A DNA stretch of 63,599 nucleotides, the filler included. It is 13 parts of 13 records of this genome, joined end to end, with 100 filler letters (N's around TTAATTAATTAA, not from the genome) between each part and the next. Parts side by side here need not be neighbours in the genome. Positions count along the whole stretch, not along the records: positions 1 to 4,960 come from SRR15195285_2869; positions 5,061 to 10,234 come from SRR15195285_2880; 11 more parts are not named here. The stretch is one strand, 5' to 3'. Within the stretch, counting starts at the first letter, position 1. Every line of letters begins with the position of its first letter. Below are positions 1 to 9,696 of the stretch, one piece after another. The notes below the pieces were generated by a model, which saw only the letters and a program-made list of their open reading frames with translations, did no database searches and was not told where the DNA came from. The position numbers and the translations under genes were made by a program.

Positions 1-180
1 GCTCCGGCTCCGGCTCCGGCTCCGGCTCCAAAATCCAGTGCCTCTAAACCTAAAGCCAAAAAGAAAGTCGCTCCCCGTGGCGACCAGTCGATCTTTGATA
101 CGCCACCACAATCGTCACGGCAAGTCAAAGCAAAGAAAGTTGACATCGAAAAAGCACATGTCCGACGACCCAATGGATAA
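1..180 (+). CDS. 3' fragment of a Pro/Ala/Lys-rich protein (5' truncated)
   Basis: Frame 1 reads APAPAPAPAPKSSASKPKAKKK...VRRPNG* with TAA at 178-180. The contig begins inside a (GCTCCG)n repeat. Confidence 0.5.
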   Translation, partial: APAPAPAPAPKSSASKPKAKKKVAPRGDQSIFDTPPQSSRQVKAKKVDIEKAHVRRPNG

Positions 181-278
181 TGTGTGTGGCGTGAGCGGCC
201 AATGCAGTCAAAGCTTACGTAGAAGGTCCAGCAAAACTCACAAAACCACTTGCATTGCTGAGTTTAGCTCAGCCTTTG

Positions 279-1865
279 CTACATAGACCCCCACTGAGTG
301 CTGTTCTTCCACTCGCACACCTGCGTGTACATCCAGCTTTCACAATCCACTTGCGTCGCTGGGGGATCTGTGAGTGGGTCCGCAGGCACTGAATCCCGGG
401 CATACAAACACGCTTCTGCATACACAGCTGGCTTTCCAGCTCGGGGGACACATGCACCGGTAGGTGATGGTGGCGGAGGCACAGGCGCCTGAGGCGGCTC
501 GCTGCAGAAACGCGCCAGGTCGTGCAGTCCGCAAATGTTGTTGAAGTTACAGAACGGTTCTCTGGCAGATGGCTCACCGCTTTCGCTCCGAAGTGGACCG
601 GTGCATGTACCCCACCAAGACTGCCCTAAGCCGTGCCCCATGTGGTGGAGAAAACAGTTGGTACACAATTCGACATCAGCCCTCGCATAGCCACACGCCT
701 GAGCAGGTGGCCCAGGAGGGTTTTCGAGCAACCGGAGGCATCCAGGAGAGTACGGCGGCAAAGGTGGCAGCGGTGGTGGCGGCGGCCCAGGTGGTGGGGC
801 AGGGGTTGGCCCCAATCCGCCCCACAAGCATGTCTTGTTGAGAGCAACGCACGCCGCCTCAGTCTTTTCAGCCGCACATGCGGACTTATATGCTGGAGGC
901 ACACCAGGCCGAAGGTAACATGCTCCGGCCCCATCACCTGCCATGATGGGATGTGGCACATGGTATGCTGACAGGTCTGTATCATTCGTGCTCTTCCAAG
1001 TACACACTTGGCTGTACATCCAGGTGCCACAGTCTTGCATTGTCGCTGGGTTGCCCCCCAATGGATCCCCAGGGTTGCCCGTGGCGCGAGCGAACATGCA
1101 TATTTCTGTGTAAGCCGCCGAGAACCCGTTTTTCGGCACACATGCCCACGGAGGCGGAGGTGGTGGTGGTTGTGGTGGCGAGGGCTCGCTGCAGTAGAGC
1201 TCTAGATCGTGGAGTCCACAGATGTTGTTGTAGTGGCAGAAGGGTTCTCTGTGCTCCTCACCTGCACTCACAATAGGACCAGTGCACGTACCCCACCACC
1301 CAGGGCCGGGAGATCTGCCGTCGAATGGACTGCCCATATGATGAAGAAAGCACGTCGTACAGGCTTCAGCGCTCGTCCTAGCGTAGCCACATGCTGTTCC
1401 ATTTGATCCGTATTTTTCAAGCAAAGGAAGGCAATGCGGCGAGTAACCCGGTGGCGGTGTAGGAGGTCCTGGAGGTGATGGCGCGGGGGTGGGCGGGGGC
1501 GGAGGTGCTGGGGGCGCTGGCGCCGGCGGCGCAGGGCTAGGCCCCGATCCGCCCCACATGCATGTCTCGTTGAGAGCAACGCACGCCGCCTCAGTCTTCT
1601 CGGACTCGCACGCGGACTTGTACACCGACGGCGCCCCTGGCTTCAGCTCGCACTTTGCCGCCGTCCCATGCTCCCACTCGCACGTCTTGTTGAGAGCAAC
1701 GCATGCGGGCTGGGTCGCGCTCGAGTTGCAGTACCGCGCGTATGAAGGCGCCACCCCTGGGCGCAGACGGCAACGTGGTGCTGCGGCTGTGGCTGGGATT
1801 GTGCTGCCTGGCGCCAAAAGCACCGCCGCCACAAGACCTACATGTAGCAGCAATGCTGCGCCCAT
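279..1865 (-). CDS. Secreted Cys-rich, Pro-rich repeat protein (~528 aa)
   Basis: Likely start MGAALLLHVGLVAAVLLAPG (signal peptide) at 1865. Five 4-Cys modules ending C-x-W and two copies of a larger Cys module (C.GYAR...C..CFLHHMG...WWGTCTGP...EPFC..NNICGLHDL..C), separated by polyproline linkers. Intronless ORF. Confidence 0.8.
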   Translation of the reverse strand: MGAALLLHVGLVAAVLLAPGSTIPATAAAPRCRLRPGVAPSYARYCNSSATQPACVALNKTCEWEHGTAAKCELKPGAPSVYKSACESEKTEAACVALNETCMWGGSGPSPAPPAPAPPAPPPPPTPAPSPPGPPTPPPGYSPHCLPLLEKYGSNGTACGYARTSAEACTTCFLHHMGSPFDGRSPGPGWWGTCTGPIVSAGEEHREPFCHYNNICGLHDLELYCSEPSPPQPPPPPPPWACVPKNGFSAAYTEICMFARATGNPGDPLGGNPATMQDCGTWMYSQVCTWKSTNDTDLSAYHVPHPIMAGDGAGACYLRPGVPPAYKSACAAEKTEAACVALNKTCLWGGLGPTPAPPPGPPPPPLPPLPPYSPGCLRLLENPPGPPAQACGYARADVELCTNCFLHHMGHGLGQSWWGTCTGPLRSESGEPSAREPFCNFNNICGLHDLARFCSEPPQAPVPPPPSPTGACVPRAGKPAVYAEACLYARDSVPADPLTDPPATQVDCESWMYTQVCEWKNSTQWGSM

Positions 1866-2470
1866 CTGGTTCTTTCGAGCAGCCCCAGATGGGCTGCGGG
1901 CCCGACGCCGCTCAGTCCAACTTGTGTAACGAACTAACCGTGATGCCCCGCGCGCGCGCCACTCCGTCCGCGGGCGCGGCGCGCGTGCTACGCGCGCTGC
2001 CGCCCACGCTGCCGCCCACGCACTACGCGCGCGCGGCGTGCATGCTACTGTACCACGCTGCCGCCCACGCCAACGCGGCGCGCGGAGAATCAAGAATCAC
2101 AGACACGACGACCCATCCGCGCGGCTCGCCTGCATTACGTGTACCCACTCTCTGTCTCTCTCACTGCTATTCGAATACATCTCCTGATCCTGGTCATTCA
2201 TACTGGTCACAGGTCAGTACTATAATTGATAGCGAGTACAGCTGTACCAAGTGTACCTGGTACGTATCGAACTATGCGTTGCCACGCACGCCGCCGGCCG
2301 GCGCCGCGCCCGCAGCCCGGCGCGCGCGACCGCGCGACGCACGCAGCGAGCGCCAGGGTGGGGACCGCTCGCAGGATACCGTACGACCCCGCCCTGGAGG
2401 GAGAAAGACCAGTAGCTGAGACGACACAGCCGCCCGGTAGGTACGAAGACCAGACAGCCGGCAGGCTGTG

Positions 2471-3847
2471 ATGCCACGCGTGCCGGACCGCGCCATGCCG
2501 CCACCGCACCCGCGCTCCTCAGGCACGGCGGGCGTGATGCCGCGCACAGCAGATCATCATGCCGCGACCGAGTCTATCGATGAGTCGGTCGACATGCTCG
2601 CAATCGACACCCGTGGCCTCCACTCCGCTGGCACCATCGACGTCGATGTCGACGAACAGTTGTTTGAGCGCAATCTCGGCGCCGTACAACCTCGGCGACC
2701 GGCGGTCAATTCAGCGACTGGCATGGCCAACGCCTCCGGCAGCACTGATTCTACTAATGCGGCGCTCAGGCTAGCTGACACTCGACCTCAGCGAGCGGTG
2801 GTCGGTTCAGCAATGAACACGCTCAACACACAGCTGGTTACTCCAGCAACAGGCACGATCAACTCCTCAGGCAGCACCGATGCAGCGGCGCTCATGGGAA
2901 TAGACGACCTGGGCAGCACCGATTCACACGGGAGTGTGGCGCTCACTGAGCACCTGAGGTCGGCCGAAACCTCATACTGGCAGCCGGCCCACGAGCGCGC
3001 GCGTTTCGGAACCAAGATGTACGCACTGATGGTCCTTCTTGCCGGCGTTGCCGTTGCCGCAATCTTTGTACCTTGGAAGAGCGTCGAGCGACAGAAAACG
3101 CCCCATGATCAGCCGCTCACTCCCAGCTGCGATTTGAGACCAGGGCACTCTCCAGGGTACAAACCCGTGTGCCACGGCGCCGCACATAACAAGACTTTAT
3201 GCCTTGAGATGAACGAGACCTGCATTTGGAGCGGCGGTTCAGCTCAGCCGCCTCTCAGTTGCAAGTTGAAGCCAGGGCAGCCTTTAGCGTATGAGGCCCT
3301 TTGCCACGCGAGGCGTACTGAGACCTCCTGCCTTGAGCTGAATATGACCTGCAGCTGGAGACGTGGGCCACATGAGTGGGAGCAGCCGCCGCCGCGCCTG
3401 TTCCCACGGCCGGTGAGGCCTATTGCGCAGACTCTCAGCATTCACCCATGCTCATTTGCAATCGCGAAGCGAGGGGGTGGCTGGGATACTACCCATCTCA
3501 CGCATGCACGGTGGCCCCAGCCACCAGAGACCGCGTCTCAACTCTACCGCCCGCTGATCTTTAGTGGCGCCGTTTGCAAGCATGTGGGTGCCAGTGAGCT
3601 CGAGGATGAGGCTGGACTATTACGAGAACTGTCCATTTTTTTGAACGCCTCAAACGGTCGTGCGCCAGAGCACTATGTGCTTGACATCCAGGCCGGTCAC
3701 GCCTGGCTGACTGTTAGCACGTACGAGGGGCTGCTACATGGACTTCAGGCATTCAGCCTCCTTGTGAGCACTCCAAATTCAAATGCAGTGGATGGTGTCT
3801 TTCAAATACCTGCGTGCGCTCGAGTAAGAGATGGAATCAGGGTCTGA
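2471..3847 (+). CDS. Type II membrane protein with two 4-Cys modules and a GH20 (beta-hexosaminidase) N-terminal domain-like region
   Basis: TM helix MYALMVLLAGVAVAAIFVPW. Two C-x-L-[RK]-P-G...N-x-T-C-x-W modules. LFPRP...EHYVLDI...LTVSTYEGLLHGLQAFSLLV...IP..RVRD matches the GH20 domain-2 pattern. No catalytic barrel is seen downstream. Confidence 0.65.
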   Translation: MPRVPDRAMPPPHPRSSGTAGVMPRTADHHAATESIDESVDMLAIDTRGLHSAGTIDVDVDEQLFERNLGAVQPRRPAVNSATGMANASGSTDSTNAALRLADTRPQRAVVGSAMNTLNTQLVTPATGTINSSGSTDAAALMGIDDLGSTDSHGSVALTEHLRSAETSYWQPAHERARFGTKMYALMVLLAGVAVAAIFVPWKSVERQKTPHDQPLTPSCDLRPGHSPGYKPVCHGAAHNKTLCLEMNETCIWSGGSAQPPLSCKLKPGQPLAYEALCHARRTETSCLELNMTCSWRRGPHEWEQPPPRLFPRPVRPIAQTLSIHPCSFAIAKRGGGWDTTHLTHARWPQPPETASQLYRPLIFSGAVCKHVGASELEDEAGLLRELSIFLNASNGRAPEHYVLDIQAGHAWLTVSTYEGLLHGLQAFSLLVSTPNSNAVDGVFQIPACARVRDGIRV

Positions 3848-4260
3848 ACATAACCATAGGGGTCATGATGATTGTAGATGGCAAGCAAGATCCGCGCGTC
3901 TCCATATGCCGTCCCACTGATATGGTCCAAGGGGGCATTTGCTGATGGCGTAGTTTGTTCCTTGTTCCTTGAGGATATCAAAGGGCGAAGGTCAGCTGAG
4001 GGCAGGCTTTTTGACTTAAAATGGCAAAGTTTAGTGAAATGCATACACGTACGATGCATTCTTGTTCCGCTGAACACCTGTCGTGCATAGTCATGCGATT
4101 GCCGTCATCACACGTCGCCCCCGCAAGTAGGCGTCCCAAGCGGCCTGTAAAGCCAACGCTACCTGCCACGTCACCAACCACGATGGCGTATGTGCAAATC
4201 CACGTATTGCCCGCGGAGTGCACAACTTGTGGCACATCCCCGATTGTCGGCTGTCCATCA

Positions 4261-4319
4261 TCGGGACTATTTTTCCGCGGTGTCCACCGGTCGTGGACAC
4301 CACGGAAAAATAGTCCCGA
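4261..4319. repeat. 27-bp inverted repeat (hairpin), 5-nt loop
   Basis: TCGGGACTATTTTTCCGCGGTGTCCAC (4261-4287) pairs with GTGGACACCACGGAAAAATAGTCCCGA (4293-4319) with one mismatch, which is a G-U pair on the minus strand. Confidence 0.9.
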
Positions 4320-4960
4320 GGTGCAGGGACCACATTCAGGGTACCCCTGACTGCGATTCCGACTGTCCCCGTGCAGCTAATGCTGCTCAGTCAACTCAAA
4401 CAGATGCTCCGAGACGATGCAGCCAAGCTGCGCCGCATCTGTTCGCTAGCAGAATCCGTCAGAGCATGGTCGAAACCGTCCCAATCGCCATGCCACGCTT
4501 GCTACCACGCCGTGCTCACGAGAACCTGGGAACACACGGAGTCAGGTGCCCACCACGCAGAATTGAGCGCAAACTGCGCCAGGAAGCTGCTGTTGCACCC
4601 TGTCGACCTGCTGCATCGAGCAGGCAGGCGTCCTCGGACCGTGGACCAACAGCAGACAAGATCAGGTGGCGTGGCTAGGTGTAGGCAGGCGCGGGGCGCG
4701 CGCGGGGCTGGTGGCTACAGCCCGCCTGTGGAGGGCTGATGAGGCAGAGGACTAGGGGGCGCCCAGAGGCACCAAGCGACGGCCAGGGCACCTACAAGTG
4801 AGTCGTCCGCAAACTCTGAACGCCGTGTAGTGACCGCCGATGCTCGTGCTGTGGCGCTGCACGCCCCGCCGTTTCGAGCGCAGCTCCCAACGGTCACCTG
4901 GCCAGATTCTGCCTCTACAGAGGCAAATCCGGCCTCTCCGTGCGCAGCCCCTACCCCTGC

Positions 4961-5060
4961 NNNNNNNNNNNNNNNNNNNNNNNNNNNNNNNNNNNNNNNN
5001 NNNNTTAATTAATTAANNNNNNNNNNNNNNNNNNNNNNNNNNNNNNNNNNNNNNNNNNNN
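4961..5060. other. Artificial contig linker (first of 12)
   Basis: 44 N + TTAATTAATTAA (stops in all six frames) + 44 N. Identical linkers at 10235-10334, 17297-17396, 20660-20759, 25763-25862, 29450-29549, 35744-35843, 39334-39433, 42917-43016, 46930-47029, 53999-54098 and 58658-58757. Confidence 0.99.
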
Positions 5061-5729
5061 GGCCCTTCACTTCAACCGACCTGTGCGCGTCGACACCACG
5101 ACAGGACTGTGAGGAGGGGGTGGGCGGTCCAGGAGGGGTGGGCCACCCGTCAACGCGCAAGGACACCCACTACACCCACGAGGCTTCTCGACAATTCGGT
5201 CCTGCGGCCCAGTGGACCCGACTTCGTATCTCGTACTAGTCGTTGATTTGTCTTACTGTCAATTACGAGCTTGTACTGTGGGAGTGCCGACGTAGAGGAA
5301 GCATTTTGAAGCATTTTGACTGGGAATTTGCATCTGTATTCGGTGTGTTTCGAAAATTTTCACAAGTACAAATAATCCCGAGTTCCGAGCTTAAGTACAA
5401 TGACTCCCGAGTTCCGAGCTACAGTATCCTGTCTACTACCGGTACGTTTATTAGATATTTCATGCCTCGTTCACGCCGGGATCGCCGCGTCGAGGACGTA
5501 GACGGCGCACGCGGAGGAATCCTATATACCGGCGCGCGCTATACCGCGGTGCCGCCGCGCCGCCCGCGGGGCACGCGCGGTACGCCGCGTAGGCCGTACA
5601 GCCGCTATCGCTACGTACGTGTACACATGCGCGTACCGGCCCTGAGTGCTGCGTGATGAAGAGCATAGAGCTAGTTCGTTCGTGGACGAAGCATCGCAGC
5701 ATTCAAGTATTTTTTGAAAACTAGAGGGT

Positions 5730-6812
5730 ATGGCGATGACGTATGACACTGTATGGGGGGCCTACCCCCCAACCGATGCCGAGCTCGCAGCGGCCATGGT
5801 TGTAGGAGCGGTGGTGCGCTGGAAGAAAGCAAACGACGACGACATCCCTGAAGGCACCGCCGGCGAGGTCGTTGAGGTCAAAGACAACGGGGACAGAATC
5901 GTGCGGTTCCCTGCAGGGAGGTGGCGTTTTGACCCTAAGGCTCTTGTGCTCGCTACCTCAGAGCAGGTGGCGCGGTGGGAAGCAGCCAAGGTCAAACTGG
6001 ACGCACAGGAGGCGGCACATGCGGCAACACTCGTTGTCGGAGCGGTAGTCACCCTGACTTTTGCGACAGTCGATGTCCCGAAAGGTACTGCTGGCGAGAT
6101 CATTGAGAATTTCCCAGACACCAACGGGAAACGTGTGCGGTTTCCTGCAGGCACGTGGAACTTTAGCCCAACTGGTCTCGTACTCGCCACCTCGGAGCAG
6201 GCCGCGCGTTGGGAAACAGCAAAGGTCGAGGTAGAGGCGCTTGCATTGGCGCATGAAGAGAAAATGGTGGTTGGAGCAGTGGTGACGTGGACGCAAGCAG
6301 ACCAAGATATTCCGGAAGGTACCGCAGGCGAGGTCATTGAGATTAGGGATGAGGCGCACACAACAGAAGGTTGCAACAGACGCGTCCGGTTTCCTGCTGG
6401 CACGTGGAATTTCAGACCGGATACTCTCGCACTCGCCACACCGGAGCAGGCAGCGCAGTGGGCAACAGCAAAGGCTGAGGTGGATGCACAGCTGCAGCAG
6501 GCTTTCGCGCTGGCACGGGAAATGTTTGCGATGTTCGATGTGGACGTGGACGGTCGCCTAAACAAGGCAGAGTATAAGAATTACCTGCAGGACATAGGCT
6601 TCTGGGCTGAGAACGAGTGGACCGACGAGATTTTCGCTGGTGATGTAGGTTGGAAACGTCAGTGCGAGGACATGGAGTGCTCGGTCGAGGAGGGAATTTC
6701 CGCTGAGGCATTCGAGAGGATCCTGTACGGTATGCATCGCACGGCCAAAGCACAGGCGGATTTCGACAGTTGCAAGGCTGCGTCAGCAGCGGAGCCGGAG
6801 CCAGCCCCATAG
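5730..6812 (+). CDS. Protein with three SH3-like (Mind bomb REP-like) repeats and a C-terminal EF-hand
   Basis: Three ~80-aa repeats VVGAVV...[IV]P.GTAGE[VI]..E....RVRFPAG.W.F.P..L.LAT.EQ.A.W. EF-hand loop DVDVDGRLNKAE. Intronless 360-aa ORF. Confidence 0.75.
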   Translation: MAMTYDTVWGAYPPTDAELAAAMVVGAVVRWKKANDDDIPEGTAGEVVEVKDNGDRIVRFPAGRWRFDPKALVLATSEQVARWEAAKVKLDAQEAAHAATLVVGAVVTLTFATVDVPKGTAGEIIENFPDTNGKRVRFPAGTWNFSPTGLVLATSEQAARWETAKVEVEALALAHEEKMVVGAVVTWTQADQDIPEGTAGEVIEIRDEAHTTEGCNRRVRFPAGTWNFRPDTLALATPEQAAQWATAKAEVDAQLQQAFALAREMFAMFDVDVDGRLNKAEYKNYLQDIGFWAENEWTDEIFAGDVGWKRQCEDMECSVEEGISAEAFERILYGMHRTAKAQADFDSCKAASAAEPEPAP

Positions 6813-7089
6813 CACAGAGATAATACCACTACTGGAGGACAAGCATGGAGTGCTTGGCCAAGCAACGAATCTGCAGATGATATAATGTTCTGATTGAACA
6901 TGCGGGCACTGACGTTTGCGACCAGTAAAGTCAGTCGTGGCTACTATCAGCTACTTGTAAGTCTCGTGGGAGGGTGGATACCTTCACAGTCCTGTTGCCG
7001 AAGCTGGCTGTCACGCTTGTGTTCCGAGGCATCCTCTCGGTGCTGTGACCAAATATACATTCTCTACCGCGTGCGATACGCCCTACCTC

Positions 7090-9696
7090 TCAGTTGTATG
7101 TCTCATAAGCCCGCCGTTCTACTCGCCTTTTCTCGAACCTATCCATCACGACTGACGCAACGAGCTCCGAGTCATCCGCTTGGTACTGCGGAGCAAATGG
7201 ACACGTGCTGCCATCATGGACACCGATGATGTGTTCCTCGCCGCCTCGAGTCTTGACGATGTTCAGCGCAAAAATGTCGAGCCCCCCGAAGCAGCGTGAC
7301 ACCAACTCCATCCAGTACTTGAATTCTTTATAGCTCTTGCTGTCAACCAGCTCCTCCAACCGCACAGTCCCCCCTGCAAGATGCGCCAGCTTAGTAGGCC
7401 ACAGGGAGAGCAAGCGAACACACACCAAAGCCAGTAGCAATTCGAGCGCAAGCCTGCGTGGCCACTGTTAGACAGCTAAAGCCGGTTTGTGAGCAGCAGA
7501 CTCCGCCAAAAAACTACCGCCACAAACCGAAACCAATGCAGCTTGATTGAGCGCACAGTTCGTCCAAGTCCGGAAGCCATCGGCGTCTGATGTCGTTTTG
7601 AGCCGCTTGTAAAAACGCACTGCACCACCAATCCAATGGACGTAGATTTCTTGCTCCTGGCAATGTACAGCGCAGACACATCAGAGATAAGTCAGGGCGC
7701 ATGTGCCGTCGTGCAGGAAGAGAAACCGACCAAAACCAGTCTGAACACACCACTTCAAGTGCCTGTTCAGCGGTGAAATATTCGCCAGAAAGAGCCAGCA
7801 CTGATGACACTTGCGCAAAACCATCCCTGTCGGACACGCGCAGCTTGCCAAAGCCGTTTCCCTGTTTGTGCGCCCGCTCGCGCATCAGCTAATGTGAATC
7901 TGCTGCAGTATACAGCGCCTAGCTGCAGGGCTTCGGTCAGCTACTCGCTGCAATGTGAAACTGATGTGTTGTAGTACTCACCGTCTTACTCATTTTCGCG
8001 ACCGTCGGGAACGCCGGCCTGATCAAAAAGCGATCCCTCGCTCTTAACAAACACCTCCAATGCAAGCGAGCAGTATGTTTGCGACATCGAGACACAATCA
8101 TGGTGGCAGCTGGCGCATCTCAGCCAGGGTCGATGGTTCTCACCTGATGCTTGGAGGAGTACCGTTTGCGAAGTATTCCTGCTCCACTAGAGGGAATTTG
8201 AACCTGCCGGACTTGGTCTTGCCCTCCTTGTTGCGGATCCCGAGCAGCTCCGAGTACACCATCGGTCGATCCAGACAGCTCAGCAAGGCCGTTGCCGAGT
8301 TCACGCATGGCGTTCGGCTGCAGAGAAAGCCTCTGAGCTGATGCGTGTAGTCCTCTCCATCAAGCTGGGAGCAGCTCTGCCGGACTAAGACGATGTCTGG
8401 TATAAATCGCTTGTGCTCCATGTCGCCATCTGCGTTCATGTAGATCTGATCGACGATCGCGCATCCACCGAAGTGCGACGTCGCTGCCACATTGATCAGA
8501 TGCCATGCTGATTGGTGCACCTCCACGCTGCGACCATCCTTCGTCTTCCTTTTGCGGAACTTGGAATCCCACCGGAACCCGCTCATGTCAAGGACAAGGA
8601 CATGGCATTTCGTGCTCCGTGCTTTCTCTTCGGCAATGTCAGCCTGAGTCCAGGGGTTCCAGTCGGCCAGCAGTCTACCGGTCACTTTCGTGGACACTGG
8701 CATCGTTATTGCCGGACGTGGTACCCCATGGCCGACTTTTCGTACGACCGTCACTCTCCCTTGGTGCCGAGCTGCCTCGAGCTGCATTCGCAGGTCTGCA
8801 AGCATCTGGCGCTGGCGCTCGATCTCTGCCTGCATCTCCCTAATCTCACCGTGCGAGAGCTCCAGTTTGTCTTGGACGGCTTTCGTGCGCCCCTTGTTCA
8901 CTTTCATCAGCAGAATCTGAATGTTGCGCTTCGTCAACTCGGTGTGGAAGTGTTGTATCACACGCGTGTTGCCCTGCATTACCTGCGCCTGTTGGCTGTA
9001 CGCGATCTGCAGCCGTGCTCGCAACGTTTTCTTGTCGCCACGCGCGCTCTGCCCAAGCTTTTGTAGCTGAGCTTGTACGTCAGCAATTGGCATCTTCATA
9101 GGGTCGCCCACCCTGATGGCATGCTTGAGCTTTCGTGCCGATCGCTGCGCTTCCTGCGCTTCATCATCGTAGTGGATCTCCCCTTCGATCGGCTCATCGT
9201 CGTCCGATCCGTCTTTCTCATCGTCGCTGTCGTCCAGATGCATCCACAGCCCGAACGGGTCTCTCGTTCCCGCTTCCCTGGCGAGCTCGTGCTGGGTGCG
9301 CAGGTAGCCGTACAGCTTCTGAATCGCCATGACCATGTCGCCGCTCCGCTTGGTGTCCAGCTTCATCCTCCCGTTCTTCCTGGGCCAGTCGTTTTTCGGC
9401 AGGCTAGGCTTTGTCGAAGAGAGCGGGTTGTCAAAGTCCACCGTATCATCGGTCTTCGAGCTCTTCGAGTCCTTCTTCTTCTTCTTCTTCTTCTCCTTTG
9501 TCTTCTCCTCCTTCGTCTTCTTTGGCTTTTTCACCTTGGGCTCTTTCTTCTCCTTGGGCACGTGCACCTTCCACGGCTGCGACGCCACGACGATAGGCGA
9601 GGCCGGCGGAGCGGGAGAGACGCCACCAGAAGACTCGAACGTCCTCGTGCCGGCGCCGTCTCCCACGGGGTTGGTGAACCGCACCTGTGCGGCCAT
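7090..9696 (-). CDS. Synapsin-like ATP-grasp protein with N-terminal Lys-rich region, SAP motif and coiled coil (5 exons)
   Basis: The spliced product follows the synapsin C domain in order: HVLVLD...W...F, FIPDIVLVRQ, PCVNS...DRPMVY, FPLVEQEYF, FPTVAKMSKTGNGFGKLRV, SVLALSGEYFTAE, FGGLDIFAL...EHII...DSELVASVV. GT-AG introns include 8143-8019 and one starting at 7981. Confidence 0.85.

Noticed and set aside
4371-4739. 122-codon frame preceded by a plausible splice acceptor
   Set aside because: No recognisable domain, and no phase-consistent link to the upstream gene could be established.
5005-5016. TTAATTAATTAA repeated 12 times between unrelated sequences, like an array or recombination site
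   Set aside because: Always embedded in exactly 44+44 Ns. It is an artificial six-frame-stop linker, not biology.
5364-5420. Short direct repeats (29-bp period here, 17-bp at 26772-26805, 33-bp at 43266-43331) as CRISPR-like arrays
   Set aside because: Only two adjacent copies with no spacers and no cas genes. These are simple tandem duplications.
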